A stretch of DNA of 64,000 nucleotides from Harriotta raleighana (Eukaryota): positions 10,000,983 through 10,064,982 of the forward strand of contig JBNZDD010013721.1 in NCBI GenBank assembly GCA_050575255.1, in the 5' to 3' direction. The notes under the pieces are model-generated. The model was not told the DNA's origin. It was given only the letters and a program-made list of their open reading frames with translations, and did not search any database. Below are positions 13,301 to 28,184 of the stretch, piece by piece (within the stretch, counting starts at the first letter, position 1; every line of letters starts with the position of its first letter). The translations under genes were made by a program, and so were the position numbers.

Positions 13301-15158
13301 CAGCACATTCGCATAAGTGCCGAGGCTCTTTTCACAAACATATTTTAATGGTTACAATGGTTCTGGAAGTAGTTATATGAACCCATTTTTGTGGTTCCAC
13401 ATTTTCTGTTGTTTTACAGCCAAGTTAATCAGCCAAGTTAATCCTTTTCTATTGTTCCCATCTCTTCTCGTGTGTGCCCGCTAGTGCCACAATTGCAGCA
13501 AGTTACCGCAAAAATGGAATTGAATGCCAGGACTGTGTATGTAACGTATGTAAGATTTATATAGTTACAGTGTTTAAATCAGTCATATAATCAGCAGTAT
13601 ATATATTTTATAAACTTAACTAATACAGTAGACATGCTTGGAATGTAGATTTGAGTGATACAGGAGTTCAAAACGACCAGTAGAATACATAAGAACATGT
13701 TACAAGAAAAAGATTAAATGGTTTGAGTGTTATTATAAACAGAACTTGCTGTTTTTGAGGAATGTTCAATAGGATGGCTAAACATAAAGAGAGTTTAAAC
13801 CCATCTCATGTGACTGGGGAAGTTGAGAAAGTTCACAATAACACCACTGAAAAATGTATCTGAATATGTTAAATATGTATTATTATCTAAAAATGGATCG
13901 AATAACCAAAATGTATGTATTCAATTCTTCAGTAAGAACTTCACTCAAGGCTGGATCATTGGTCACTTGTGTCACCTTCCTCATTCAAGAGATAGAAAGA
14001 GTTTGCAATTTCTCAAATCATAGAGCCATAGAATTTTACAGCACAAGAGGAGGCCATTCGGCCCATCGTGTCTGTGCTGTCTCTTTGAAAAGAGCTATTG
14101 AAAGTCAATCTCACTCCCCAGCCCTGTCCCCATAACCCCGCAAACTTGTCCTCCCCAAGTAACCATCCACCAAAGGTTCAAGTCGATAGGATTTGCATTA
14201 TTGGATATCCTGATCCCTGAATGTTCAGTGTTTTACAAATGACTATGTATTGTATTCAGATGTCTACTCATGGATAGTATGCCCTCTTTTTCAAGGATGT
14301 GGGAAAAGCTGGCACAGGCACAATGGGCCAAATGGCCACCTTCTATGCTGTAATACTCGATGATTGTATGAAATGAACTGGACCGCAGTGTTAGTATTTC
14401 CTAACACACACTATCATTTCCATCTTGATGCTTCACTTAACCCATCTCCAGCACCATGCTAAAGCCCATGAACCTTCAACATTGACCTGCTTCAGAAATC
14501 AACTGTGATAGTCATTTTTTGAGCTCTTTAAGTGCTATAAATATAATAAATATGTCATTCTCTCATTGCCCCCTCTAACTTCTTCCGCGTGTACCTTCAT
14601 TTACAGCGCATTATGAATCCAAAGATAATAAGGAAATGAACATGTACACATCATTAAATGTGTTGCTGTAATGTTCTGCAAATCAGTGTTGCAAACAGCA
14701 GTGCCAGGCTCCCAGGAGAATGTTGCTCCCAGGCTGCAGAGAATTCTTTACTGTTTAATTGTTCATAAATCTGCCTTCCAAAGGCTTGGTTGCATCATGT
14801 CTGCAATTCTCTGTTGAACAGACACCCCTTGTGATTGGAATTTTTTTTTATTGCTTAGCAACAACACTATTTTTTTAAAGAAAAGAATCCCATGATTTAG
14901 CAATTTAAAACCTTGAAAATCCGCGGCCTTTATGTAACATTAAATATCTGCTATGATTGCAGTCTGATGCATTTATATTGACATTGCAAAGAAACCAGCT
15001 TAAAATTGGTATAGAATCACACATGGATATTACGCCCTCTCTCACATTTCTCATCCCTAAACCCGTTTGTACTTTACCTTTCCCCATCCCATGACATGGA
15101 TTATTTTCTGTTGCTTGCTATCATTGCTATTTAGTGGTTGGATAGGCATGTACAATTG

Positions 15159-15480
15159 TGGAGTTCTGTAGCTCAGTGGTTAGGCCACTTGCCTTACAAG
15201 CATCTGTGTTCGAATCCAGGCAGGTCAGGGTGAAACCTTGGGCAAGTTTCCTTACTCCACAAGACTAATAATAATCCCTACAAAAAAAAACAATAATAAA
15301 ATTGGTCATTTCAATCCATGACTGTTTGTGGGTCACTGCTGTGCGCAATTGGCTGCAGGGTTTCGCCCACAAGTGTACAGTCAATTCACTTTACAGTATA
15401 TTCTGTGATGTGCTTTGAGACGTCTAAAAGATGTGAAAAGCGCTATATCAGATGCAAGGATTATTATTATTATCATCATA
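15159..15480 (+). mobile_element. Same SINE family, near full length
   Basis: GGAGTTCTGTAGCTCAGTGGTTAG head, GTTCGAATCC B box, tail ...ATGCAAGGATTATTATTAT. Confidence 0.9.
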
Positions 15481-18039
15481 TATTGTCATTAAATATCTGC
15501 ATGGTTTCCTCCAGGGAATCACGTGTGAAGCTGGAGTTGAACCATTGCGACTACAAGATACCTTAATACAGGCTATATTATCAACCAGTCTGAAATAAAT
15601 AGCGATCCTTGCATTTGATCTAGCACTATTACCTCTGCCTCGAAGCCCTTAACAGGATTTACTATAATGTGTAGTGAGGCTACAAAATTGATGTGTGTGT
15701 AGTTTGTGACAAATACACAAATACACTATCAAGTACAGTACTTGATACACATCTGTCTTGATTTTCCCATATTGTAAAGAGATGACATAANGTGTTCTGA
15801 AATTCAAGCCGGATCCGTAGATTTGGCTTCCACAACACGCGATGTGAAAATCTTCTATTTAACAGCAGCAACAACGTTCCCACGTTAGATAATAGTTCGC
15901 AGTCACTTGATTCAAGCTCTGCCGCGGCTTAGTTTTCGTAGGTTATATAAATCTATAGCACAAATGAAATGCCATTATGCAAAGCTTTTTTTTCTCCCTT
16001 TCCCTCCTGATTACATAACTTGTTGACATTTGGCTGAGTGATTCCATTCATTAGGAATGTGGAGTGCAGAGCCTCCTTTTGTGAAATCCGAGTGCGATGG
16101 CGGTTCACACAAGACCCACTAGCGAATGATAAAATGGTGTGAGATAGTTGTCAGATCCTATTTACTGGTATCGCATACGGCTGTCAGAAACCGATTATGT
16201 CAATTTGTGCACTTGTGCAATGTAATAATTGCAAAAAATTCAATCGTCTCTTCATTCCGCGGTACAAACCCTCCAGCATTTCACTTTCCTGTTCCATCCA
16301 CTGTATACACAATATTACATCATACACAGGGGTGGAAAAACACATCTGGCTTACAGAATCATAATCCATATGTGGGATAAACACGGCAGCCGTGGATCGA
16401 AGTGAGCAATTTATTATTGGGTTTTTTCAGGGATTATTATTAGGCGTGAGGAGCAAGGAAACTCTTGCCCATGGTTTTGCCCTGCCTGGACTTGAACCCA
16501 GGGCTCTCGCTTGTAAGGCGAGTGCTATAATCATTGAGCTTCGCGACTCCTCTAGCAAGCCAGACAAACTCCCTTCTCTTTTTACAATAGTGCCACAGAA
16601 TCTTTAACAGGATCTGTACTCGTGGATAGGATGAGTTAAGAACCTNTAGCTTAGAATCCTACGAGAGTAGGTACTGTAGTAGCTTTTTTGGCCCCACTCT
16701 ACATCTTCTCTTTTTACAATAGTGCCACNACTCCCTTCTCTTTTTACAATAGTGCCACAGAATCTTTAACAGGATCTGTACTCGTGGATAGGATGAGTTA
16801 AGAACCTGCTTCCTGTATTAGTTTTGCGTGAGGGGAGATAAAAGCAAGTGGTCAGATTCAATAGGATATGATTTGGGAGATTATTCCTGAAAAGTAGTGG
16901 ACCTAAAATTGCAATATTGCATTGTGCTGCGGTTTCTATTACAATGTGTGAAACTTGTGTACAATCATGGGAAGTTAAACTGGTTAGTGGGACAGACTGA
17001 CGGAATAAAATCGACTTTCCCTCCCAATGTATGAATTAACACACTATACAATTACATGTCCAATTTAGAATTGAGGTGCAAATTGACTACAGCTATGACA
17101 GCTCTATACATGTGAATGTAGTATGCAGGATTGGTTGGGGATTTACATAAGTCTTTTAGTACGTAAATAAACTTTACCAGTAATTTACTCAGATTAACTC
17201 CAAGTGCTAATACCAAGAGCATTTAGTCACCAAGATAGTCTGGAGCCTTTTAAATATTCCACTTGGCTCAATGTCAACGCTGAAATAAATAAGCCTTCCA
17301 CTTTTTAACTGGAAGCTATTCCATAAATAACAAAATTACACTTGTATAACGCCTTTCACTTCAGGAGGACGTCCCAAGACACCGGACAGTCATTGTTTCA
17401 GATTCGAGCTGGGGTCGGGGACGGGAGGGTGGAGGGATTTGGGGTGACCGATGGGACCGGCCAGGGAGGGGCGAGATTGAGGGACTGGGGGATGGAGTTC
17501 CAGAGGTTGGGGGCAGAGTGGCTGGAGCCTGCTGAGCGGAGGGACGGGCAGGTTGATAGGGAGTTAGGAGGTCGCAGATGTAGAGTGAGGCCAAAAAAGC
17601 TACTACAGTACCTACTCTCGTAGGATTCTAATCATTTCCAGAAAATAATGTTTCATGAAAGGTAGAATTTAAGATTCCCACTCAACACTCTAGTAGATGG
17701 GAAATTTCCAACTTGTTATCTTGATCAGTATCATGGTAAACCACTAGTGTATTTCTGTTTTTTTTTAGAAAAAAGACTGTTGAACACACACCTGGGTAGA
17801 CGTTATAGATGTATTTTCAACCATAAAAAAATCCCCTTGCTTTGCCTTAAGCATAATTCTTGTGAACAGTTGACAGTTCCTCACTGTATTCCCCCAGAGG
17901 CTGATGTTTTAATAGTGGTAGTTCAAGTAGCTTCAATAGGTCAGCTGGATTGAATCAGACATACTGACCGGATAAATGGTAACAGAACAATTCTTCGCCC
18001 ATTACACCCCCAAATACAAAGAACAAAAGTACACACACA

Positions 18040-21000
18040 AAATGGTTTCAACCCTTTATTGCTCAACAAAAATGAAAATGAATGTCAAATATTTTTCTTT
18101 GTGAACACATCATTTGAACTAATGCTCAAATAGCACCAGTCCAAAACTACATATCAATGTTAAAAGTACAAAAATCACAAAACTGCATTTCAAACATTGG
18201 TCCACAACAATGTCTCCCATTCCACGCATAGGGATCCCATTAATGTTGTGATTGTGGTACCATTACAGTGTTTCAAAATCATAATAAAATACATAAAATT
18301 TGCATAGAAGTGTAAAGTTTCTCCATAAGACAGTTTAACCTAACACAAAATGAATTTGCATTTTTTTAATAAAAAAAAACAGAAGAGGGCAAACATCTAA
18401 CTATACAAAAAGAGCGAGCAGTGTTTCAACATCTGGCATGACTCAGGTGACAAACACCCTGAATACGAGGTAGAGACAATCGAGGATTCTCTTGAAACAA
18501 ATCCTTCTGTAAACCACATAGTAACGCTTCAGTAAACATGTCCCAAATGATCACATCACACAACTGGCATTCAGTTAGTGCTCCCAGAATCCGTTCCATC
18601 ACCCTCCCCCAACCTGCGCAACCCCCCCAAACCACCCCGCCACATTATAATATCCAAGTAGAATGACATGCCAAGTTATTTTGAACAAAAGGGAAGCAGC
18701 TTATCCACTAAAAGCATAAACTATTTTGTATCTTCAACTGTTGAGGCTGAAAAATAAACGCAATCACTCGCTATTCATGTGGTTATGTAAGCAAACTAAT
18801 AGAAAGTACAGCACATTACTGCTATAATCTGAATTGGTTCATGAATTAATGAGCACAGCATTTCAGTTACAAGAGCTTTGCTGCTTTTGGAGTCTGGTCT
18901 CAATGATAAAGAAATCCCTTTTCAGGTAATATATCGGAATGGGTTTAATGATGTTCAGATTTTCATTGTCACACCACTTCTCCCACCAGTGAACAATAAA
19001 CACCCATCAGAAAATTGCAATGGTAAAAAGGTTATGGTGACCGAGGGCATTTTACAACTTTATATAAAAGTAATCCATTTGGTTGGAAAGGGAGAAGAGA
19101 AAGGAGAGGAATTTTAAAAATAACAGAATGAACTCTTTTACCAACACTCAGAGAGAACCATACCACCGCTCACAGGTGGGAAAGGGATCTGGCCTGTTGT
19201 CACTCATGGTTGTCACTCAATAACTCACAACAGCTTCCTTGCTATTCCCTCAAATTCCAAATTAGCTGAGAATATAATCAAATGTAATTTGTAGTTGTTG
19301 CAATAACCCCTCAGTAAGTTGCATCGATGATTATAAAATCAGCACACAAGAATGGAAAGGACATCAGTCAGCATAATGCAATGAGACACCCACATTTGTC
19401 AGTTCATTAGCATTCTCTTAGCTTTAAAACACAAAGGCTCCAGTCAGCTCCTAAAGTAGCGATATGAAGAATTTAAAATAAAGAGGATTCCAACAGCAGC
19501 CCAAAAAATGTCTATGCAATCTCTTAATTCCATCGCTATATTGGGACATTGCCTGAAGAGCAATCTGAATGTTATGTTCAAATAAGTGATGGGAGCAACT
19601 ACAGTAGTCCACAAGATGAAAGTCAAAAAAGGTAGACAGAATGTTAAGCTGTGAGAAGAAACCTGTAAATGTTTATACTTACTTTTGAATCTCAAAATGA
19701 AAGTCTTGCAATCACTTCAGTCATTATTTAGAATGTAATGTGGTGAACAACTGAGTTTAGTTCACGAGGGTTTTGGTCCATATCTAGAAGCAGTGTTCAA
19801 ACTTATTTTTAAAAATAAAATAAAAATTGGCTCTCATCATTAGAAGCAATAAAGATTCAGCAGCAAACCATACTATTTAGTCTCAAGAATTTCTGTGAAT
19901 ATTTTGAAGTTTGACTTAAAATTCCAAAGCTTCAATTCTGCTGTAATGTTTTCAGAGAAATGAGTTACGAGCTTTTCAAGTGAAAACTGTACATCTAGTA
20001 TATTGGATCTTCTATTTCGTTTGATATCAGAGCCCGCTCTCAACTCTGCAATGCAACAACATACAATGAGAATGAAACTACTTTTTTTTTGAAAACCTTA
20101 ATGAAAAATGCAGATAACTTACTTACTTTGCAAATGGCCATAAAAATGTTGATCAAAAACAGATTTAGCATTACATGATGAATGGTTAATGGCACTCATT
20201 AGAACCATATAACCCTACCCTATTTATATTTCCTAAATTTAAAAGCTTTCCAAACGGGTTTCTGTACATCATCTTATCAAAAATCCAACTCAAATCTCTA
20301 TTGGTTTTAAAAATAGAAGCCATTGATCTTACCCTTCCCTTGCTAAAGTCTCAAAAAGTAATGTCTTGGAAATAGTTTTCGTTTGAGTGAGTGAAAATGG
20401 AAGTGTAGAACGTTCCCAGTAAACCCAAGTGAATTGTATGCAAGTTGACATATCTGTCACCAGAATTCAAGCAGATGGAGTTTTCATCCTAATATCTCGG
20501 TTTATTAGGTCTTCAGGTACTCAACAGCCTCCACTGACTGTGGCAACTTTAGCACTGCTTTAGTCAGCTCCGTATATATTTACTACTGAAATGAGAAACG
20601 GAATACAAAAACCATAACCTGTACTGTATACATCCATCTTAATTTGCTAGCAACTGAAATCCTTACCTCGTATTTATTTAGGCTCAAACAGAAATCAAGA
20701 GGTAATGACATTTCTCCCACTTGGGTGCCCCGTTTCAGGATCAAACACTGCTTAGTGTGGTTAATACCACATTAGAATATGATTTTACCCCCAAAAAAAT
20801 TCTCTGCAGCGTATATATTTTTCCACCTCGAACACAATTTTGCTCAAAAGTCCAGATCGCATTCACTTATGACTCTTGCAGTCAAAATGTTGCCACTAAT
20901 GTGGACTCAAATCCCAGAAAGGCAATCTAGACTTACTACTTTGCTTAATTTCTGAAGCTGCTGAATAGTTTTCAATGGAAAGGGCCATTAGACCTGTGAA

Positions 21001-23429
21001 ACTGAACTCAATACTTTTTAGTTATAGGGCATCAAAAGCTCAAGACCCCTTTGAAATAACGAGACCAGGTTTCACCGATCATTGGCTTAATACTTCAATC
21101 AAAACTGATGTATCTCAAGCTTTAAAACTGTCGAGGTTTCTTTGCAGAACTACAATCAAACTATTTTAAGCAGGTTGAACCCTGCTATTTAAAAAAAAAC
21201 ACACAACATACACAGAGCAGGGAAATTGGATCTACAGAGAGAGAGAGAAAAAAAAACTTAAATCTTGTAGGTTTCAAATGTTGCGTTGGATCAATAAGCT
21301 CGACAAATAAATTTAAGGCACTCTGGTCACTCATCCTAATCATCCACACCGGTGGTCTTCGCCAAGAAGAGTAAGTCACCTTTCTTGTCAGTTAAATCTA
21401 ATGCATTGTATAACACAATAAGTTTACCACGTAGATGGTAAACACTCAGTTTCAACAATTCAATCCACCCAATTAATTCTGCGAGGTTACAGATAATTTA
21501 ATCAGAGAAAATGAAAGTACAAACAGTGTAAATAATACAGGTTTCGTGCATGACAAACTCTCCCCACCCCTCCGCCCCACCCCCCCCACCCCCTTCAAAT
21601 AAAAACCTAGCAATTTAATTGCATAGCTTCCCAGTCCTGACATCTTCAGCTATCGCTGAAGCTTAAATGCAGCAAAAGTCACCATCTCAGTACATTCGAA
21701 GGAAGGTGTTCAGTTTAATTCCCATTAATCTGCGCCATCCATCCTTGAAAGAAAGCAAGCTCACATTTCAAATCAGCTACCTGAAATGAGAAGAGTTTTT
21801 TTTTTTTTAAAAAAGTGTCAAGAGGAAACACTGGACAATAATCAACAAATTGACCCCAACAAAATAAAGATTTTACCATCCTGTGTAAACTAAAGGTGTG
21901 GAATACACAATCATGCAGATTTCCACCCACAAGTTTTCTAAGCAAACAAATGGAACTGGTTCGATTTGAAGCTTCCAAAAATTAAATCCAACTTAAACTG
22001 ATAATAACTAACTCTAAATAAGCTAATACTCTATGGTAACCACAAAAAAAATACACACAACTAGCAAGTGGTTCCTTTTTAATTGGATTCTTTTTTTAAA
22101 AAAAAAGGGGCCAGGATGCAGTAATTCATGTATTCAACTGGAAACACGAGCAACTCGAATAAAAAGTGAAACTACAAATAAATCAGATTTAAGAACTTCT
22201 GAAAAATTCAAAACCACCGGATGAAATGTTGCAGATCAAATTCAAAAGCAGGCACAGTGCAATAAAGATTTATTTAAAAATTAGATGAAGGCTATGTGTG
22301 CATGCATAAAAAGGTCAAAAATGTCCATTCCAATGGATTTAATTGGAAAGGGAATACCTTCTGCTGTCTTCATATTGGTATAATTTTCTCACAATAACAG
22401 CAGACAAAATTGTGGTACAATCTATTCCAGGCAGACATTGCAGTCCTTTAGGAATTCAGACCCATTGTGTAATAATAATAATAAAAAATAATAAAGCATA
22501 TTTTCACCCAACATTTATCCTGGCAATTGTTTAATCTGAAGACTAAAGCACCAATTAAAACGCATTGACTACACGTATACATCTCATCTATTATGTTATT
22601 CCTGGATGCCCAAGATCTCGTTCAGTTGTTTGTCCTGGCGAATGTTAGCTGCAGGGTACCCTGCAAGTATAGATTTGGATTGCAGTGCAAATAACATCCA
22701 CTGAACCATTTTTTGTCCAGAATTTTTGTTTTGAAGCAAATGCCCTCTACAAATAAATGGCAGTCAGTTTGGGTCATCTTTTATATTCATCTTTTTGTCA
22801 ACTGCGTTGTTTTAAAAAGAAAGTAAAGTTGAGAGGCAGACAAAAAGAACGACTCGGGACAAAACCCATCAATTGCAATCAGCTAGCTGAATTCCGAGGC
22901 ATTGGAGGGGAAACAAAACACAAAATCTATCCATGACCTGGTCCAGATTTATCATAATACCGTAGAAAAATTCAACTGAACTCGAGATGGTGAAACTCAA
23001 TCTACAAAAAAGTGAACCAGGGGAATTTTAGGTACAATATTAGTGCTTCCCTATTAAAATCATGAAGTAGCTTTTTAAAAAAATATTTATATTACAGAGG
23101 ATAGTAGCGTGAATGCACATGGTAACTTCCTCCCCTCGAGGTTTGCATATTTCGAACACAGCCAGACCAGGCTCGAAACAGAATGTTTTAAAATCTCTGT
23201 GGTCCTCTCAAACGAAGACCCCCAAAGGCCCAATTCTACCAAGAATAATCCTCATACCTCACCTGGACTTCAACGGCCAAGGCTATCGACTGTGACCTGG
23301 TTTCAATGCAGCCAGCAAAAAATATCTTATTATCCATCTGCTGCTCACAGGATTCAAATAAATTACAATGTCGTTACCAGCATTTACCAGTTGTCTTCAA
23401 AAATACTGGTAAAGGCATTGTAATTGCAC
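18040..23429 (-). other. STK35: Probable long terminal 3'UTR exon of STK35
   Basis: Donor AAG|GTATAT at 26531/26530, 43 nt after the stop. Acceptor TTTCTGTCCAG| at 23430/23429. AATAAA at 18060-18055 followed by TTTTGTGTGTGT. The interval lacks the SINE/LINE copies that are frequent elsewhere. Confidence 0.6.
18055..18060 (-). terminator. Polyadenylation signal (AATAAA) for STK35
   Basis: tttatt on the + strand, with a GU-rich downstream element (reverse complement of acacacacaaaa, ~18031-18042). Confidence 0.6.
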
Positions 23430-23540
23430 CTGGACAGAAATTCTAGCTCACCAAATCAGATCTCTCCCTCATCAGTCCCGGTAGCTCTTATGTATTAACT
23501 TTGACACTCGTGAAATTCCAATTTAGGAGTGTATATATGG

Positions 23541-23799
23541 AATAATAATCCTTGAATTTGATATAGAGTTTTACGTCTTCAGAATATACGTATATATTCA
23601 GAACGCAGCAGCTAATTGCCCCAGCAGTGTCCCACAAACAGTCGTGCATTGAAATGACCGATTTATTATTTTTTCTGAGTGATTATTATTAATCATGTGC
23701 AGTAAAGGAAAGTTGCCCAAGGTTTTACCCGGCCAGGAATCGAACCTAGGTCTCTCACTTGCAAGGCGAGCGCTCTAACCACTGAGCTACAGGACTCCA
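23541..23799 (-). mobile_element. SINE copy with an internal deletion, in the STK35 3'UTR intron
   Basis: Tail, core and intact tRNA-like head. Confidence 0.87.
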
Positions 23800-26573
23800 C
23801 TTCCTATACAGGAATCTAAACACTGTAATCCCTACTTTAAATAAAGCATCAGTAACATCAGGAAGGCATCTCAAAGCACTCACAAAAAATACTCTATAAG
23901 TATAGTGACTGTTGCTGTATTTTACAGGCGAGGCGAGAACCTATTCCAAATAGGGAACATGCTCTGTCCGTTCAACCATTGTAGGAAATCAGTAACATCT
24001 GCTTCCTAGTGACAGTCTTTCTTCCTCTTATGGTTCATACTTAACATACAAATTTGGAAGCATTGAATCCCCCAAATGCTCAATTTATTTCTCTCCCCTA
24101 CTCTTTTCAATTTTGTACTCTGCTAAATACTTGGATATGTTTTCTCAGTGAGAAAGCTGTTTTGAGCGAGAAAAACGGATCACAAGGTCAAGTGTTCAGT
24201 TATATATTGCGAAAGGATGCACATGTTTAAATTTAACGGAGGTTTTATAAGCTCTTCAGCTCACTAGGTTAGGCTACATATTCCAATGCAACTAAATCTA
24301 CAGGTGTACAACACCGGATAAACAACAAATGAAAATACCTGTAAAATACTTAAAACTGAAACTGCACAACCACTTCATTTATTTCAAAATGTTTAATTTG
24401 GAAAATGGACACATGAAATAGTGGATCGTCGAGCTGGGTGTCTCAAAGCTCCACGTGGTCAGTTACCATGAGCTGTTTGAGCAGAACAGGATGGTTTGCA
24501 AACACAGCCATCTTTCTTCCCTCCCTTCGCTCTCCCAAAGCTAAGGGAACAATTTTACTTTCACTATGAAACTTCAGAACAACACATGCCCAAACAAACA
24601 AAATACTAAAATTATTCTGACATGAACGGCAGGTGATGATATATTAGTGACACCCCACCCTCCCCACCCCCCCAAGGCATTCATGTAGGATGGATTTTGA
24701 AATATACATGCCAATGAACTGCCTTTTGATCAAATGCAAAACTGCTGACGTGAGTCTGTTTATTTTCTGAAATAGGAAAAAATAAATGAACAATTCATTG
24801 TAAAAAAAAATACTTCTCCTTAATGGGCTCTTCGCTACTAACTAATACATTTAAGATATCAAGTTACTTGAATGTGTTTGAATGGGCAGGATCAGGAAAA
24901 TACAATCTATGTTATCTTTTCTACTAAGCAGTTAAATGTAACTGGCACTCTATAAATATTGTTGTTGTTTCTTGTTGTTAAAAGGTTTGTTTAATAAATA
25001 TAGATGCACCGAGATAAATATCACATGCCTTGTTTTTTCTGTGTATTGAGTGACTGAGGTTATAATTAAAGCAAAATAAGTTCATCTAGAGTGTTTTAGT
25101 TATTACTGAATTAATCCAAGAAACTGCTGTAAACTCCATTCACTGATTGGAATACATATCCATTACATGGTTTATAATATATATATATATATATAATATA
25201 TAAATACACACACATACTTCATACACACACTANTATATCCATTACATGGTTTATAATATATATATATAATATATAAATACACACACATACTTCATACACA
25301 CACTAGCTGACGTGAGTCTGTTTATTTTATGAAATAGGAAAAAATAAATGAACAATTCATTGTAAAAAAAAATACTTCTCCTTAATGGGCTCTTCGCTAC
25401 TAACTAATACATTTAAGATATCAACGTCTTCCTGACACGACAGGCGCTCTAGAAATGAAATTTTGAAGATTGTTGATATATATATATACACGCGCGCACA
25501 CGCAGGGATAAGTGCAGATTTCCAGATAGAACGCTGAACTTTTTTCCCCAAAAATATACGCAGTATTTTAATCACATCGTCGAGATGCCTCAAAGCATTC
25601 CACAGGATTTTACTAGGAAGTCTAGTGGCCATCTGTAGGCAAACATACATTTGACAGGTGAGGAGTGTCAGGTAGAAGGGAATTGATTTGAGGTTAAGTC
25701 CCTATAGGGTTATAAATAGCAGGGAACTGTATAAATAACAAACACAGAACCAATCCTAATAATAGGTCTCAATTACACCAACATCAACTTAAGAGGATAG
25801 TATTGCACAGACACCAGATGCAGACTGTATGCCAGTACAGTACAATCGGGGGAAAACCTCAAACGACAATCTAGTGGCCGATATGGTTGGGTTCGGGAGA
25901 ATTTTAGGGGCTTATGAGCTTAATGATCAGGTCTAAAAAATATTGGGGTCATCGTTGGCTGATCCCAACTACAATCATTCACTTTGTTGTACAGAATTTG
26001 TTCTGGTTATATACTGTACAAAAGCAAGTGGCAGGTATAGTAGCTGGAAATTCAGACTTTGGGGGGTGGGGGGAGAAGAAAAAAGGAGTAAAACAGTTGC
26101 TTGAAACACAGTAAAGCATTGAATCACCTTGTTGCAACTTTGCCCAAACTTGGCTGGGAGATCCACAAATTTAAGTGGGGGTGGGGTGGGGGGGGGGGGG
26201 GAATAAAGAGTGTCGCTTGCAAGTTACGTAAACCTTATATGCCCCCAAAAACCCCACAACAACAACAAACCGTTGCTTTAATTTGTTCCATTTTGAGGGA
26301 CATGACTTCAGGGTTATCGTTAGCTCCCACTTGAAGAGCTCTCAGCGCCATCACCGCCGCCATAATAACCCTTAATAGTCTGAATAGCTACCGAACTCCC
26401 CCAAAGACATGACGACAGGAGAAACCAAAGACAAGGACAACAGGGCATCTTTGGTTCCAGCGCCTTGAGACTGGCCTCCCGACGTGACAGGGGCGCTGTG
26501 CACGTGTAATTCCGTCGTGGTTGCATATACCTTGAATGGAGGCCTCCACACACGTGTCGCCCCAGGTATCATT

Positions 26574-27876
<1,303 letters not shown>

Positions 27877-28059
27877 NNNNNNNNNNNNNNNNNNNNNNNN
27901 NNNNNNNNNNNNNNNNNNNNNNNNNNNNNNNNNNNNNNNNNNNNNNNNNNNNNNNNNNNNNNNNNNNNNNNNNNNNNNNNNNNNNNNNNNNNNNNNNNNN
28001 NNNNNNNNNNNNNNNNNNNNNNNNNNNNNNNNNNNNNNNNNNNNNNNNNNNNNNNNNNN

Positions 28060-28107
28060 GTCGCCCGCTGCTGTTGCTGATGATGATAACGTCTCCGCTC
28101 TCCTCAT
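28060..28107 (-). CDS. STK35: Candidate N-terminus of a long STK35 isoform (MRRAETLSSSATAAGD)
   Basis: ATG at 28107 in a GC-rich segment just beyond the gap, with G at -3. There is no in-frame ATG between the gap and the start of the kinase domain. Frame cannot be verified across the Ns. Confidence 0.45.
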
Positions 28108-28184
28108 CACTCAGCCCCGGGATAGTGAAGGGGGGAAGGTGGGGGGGGGGGGAGAAGAGAGGAGGGAAAGAAGCACTGCTCCTC

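Noticed and set aside
23730-23799. tRNA-like cloverleaf sequences (also ~10280-10346, ~62055-62118)
   Set aside because: They are SINE heads followed by SINE body, with no proper acceptor stem; not tRNA genes.
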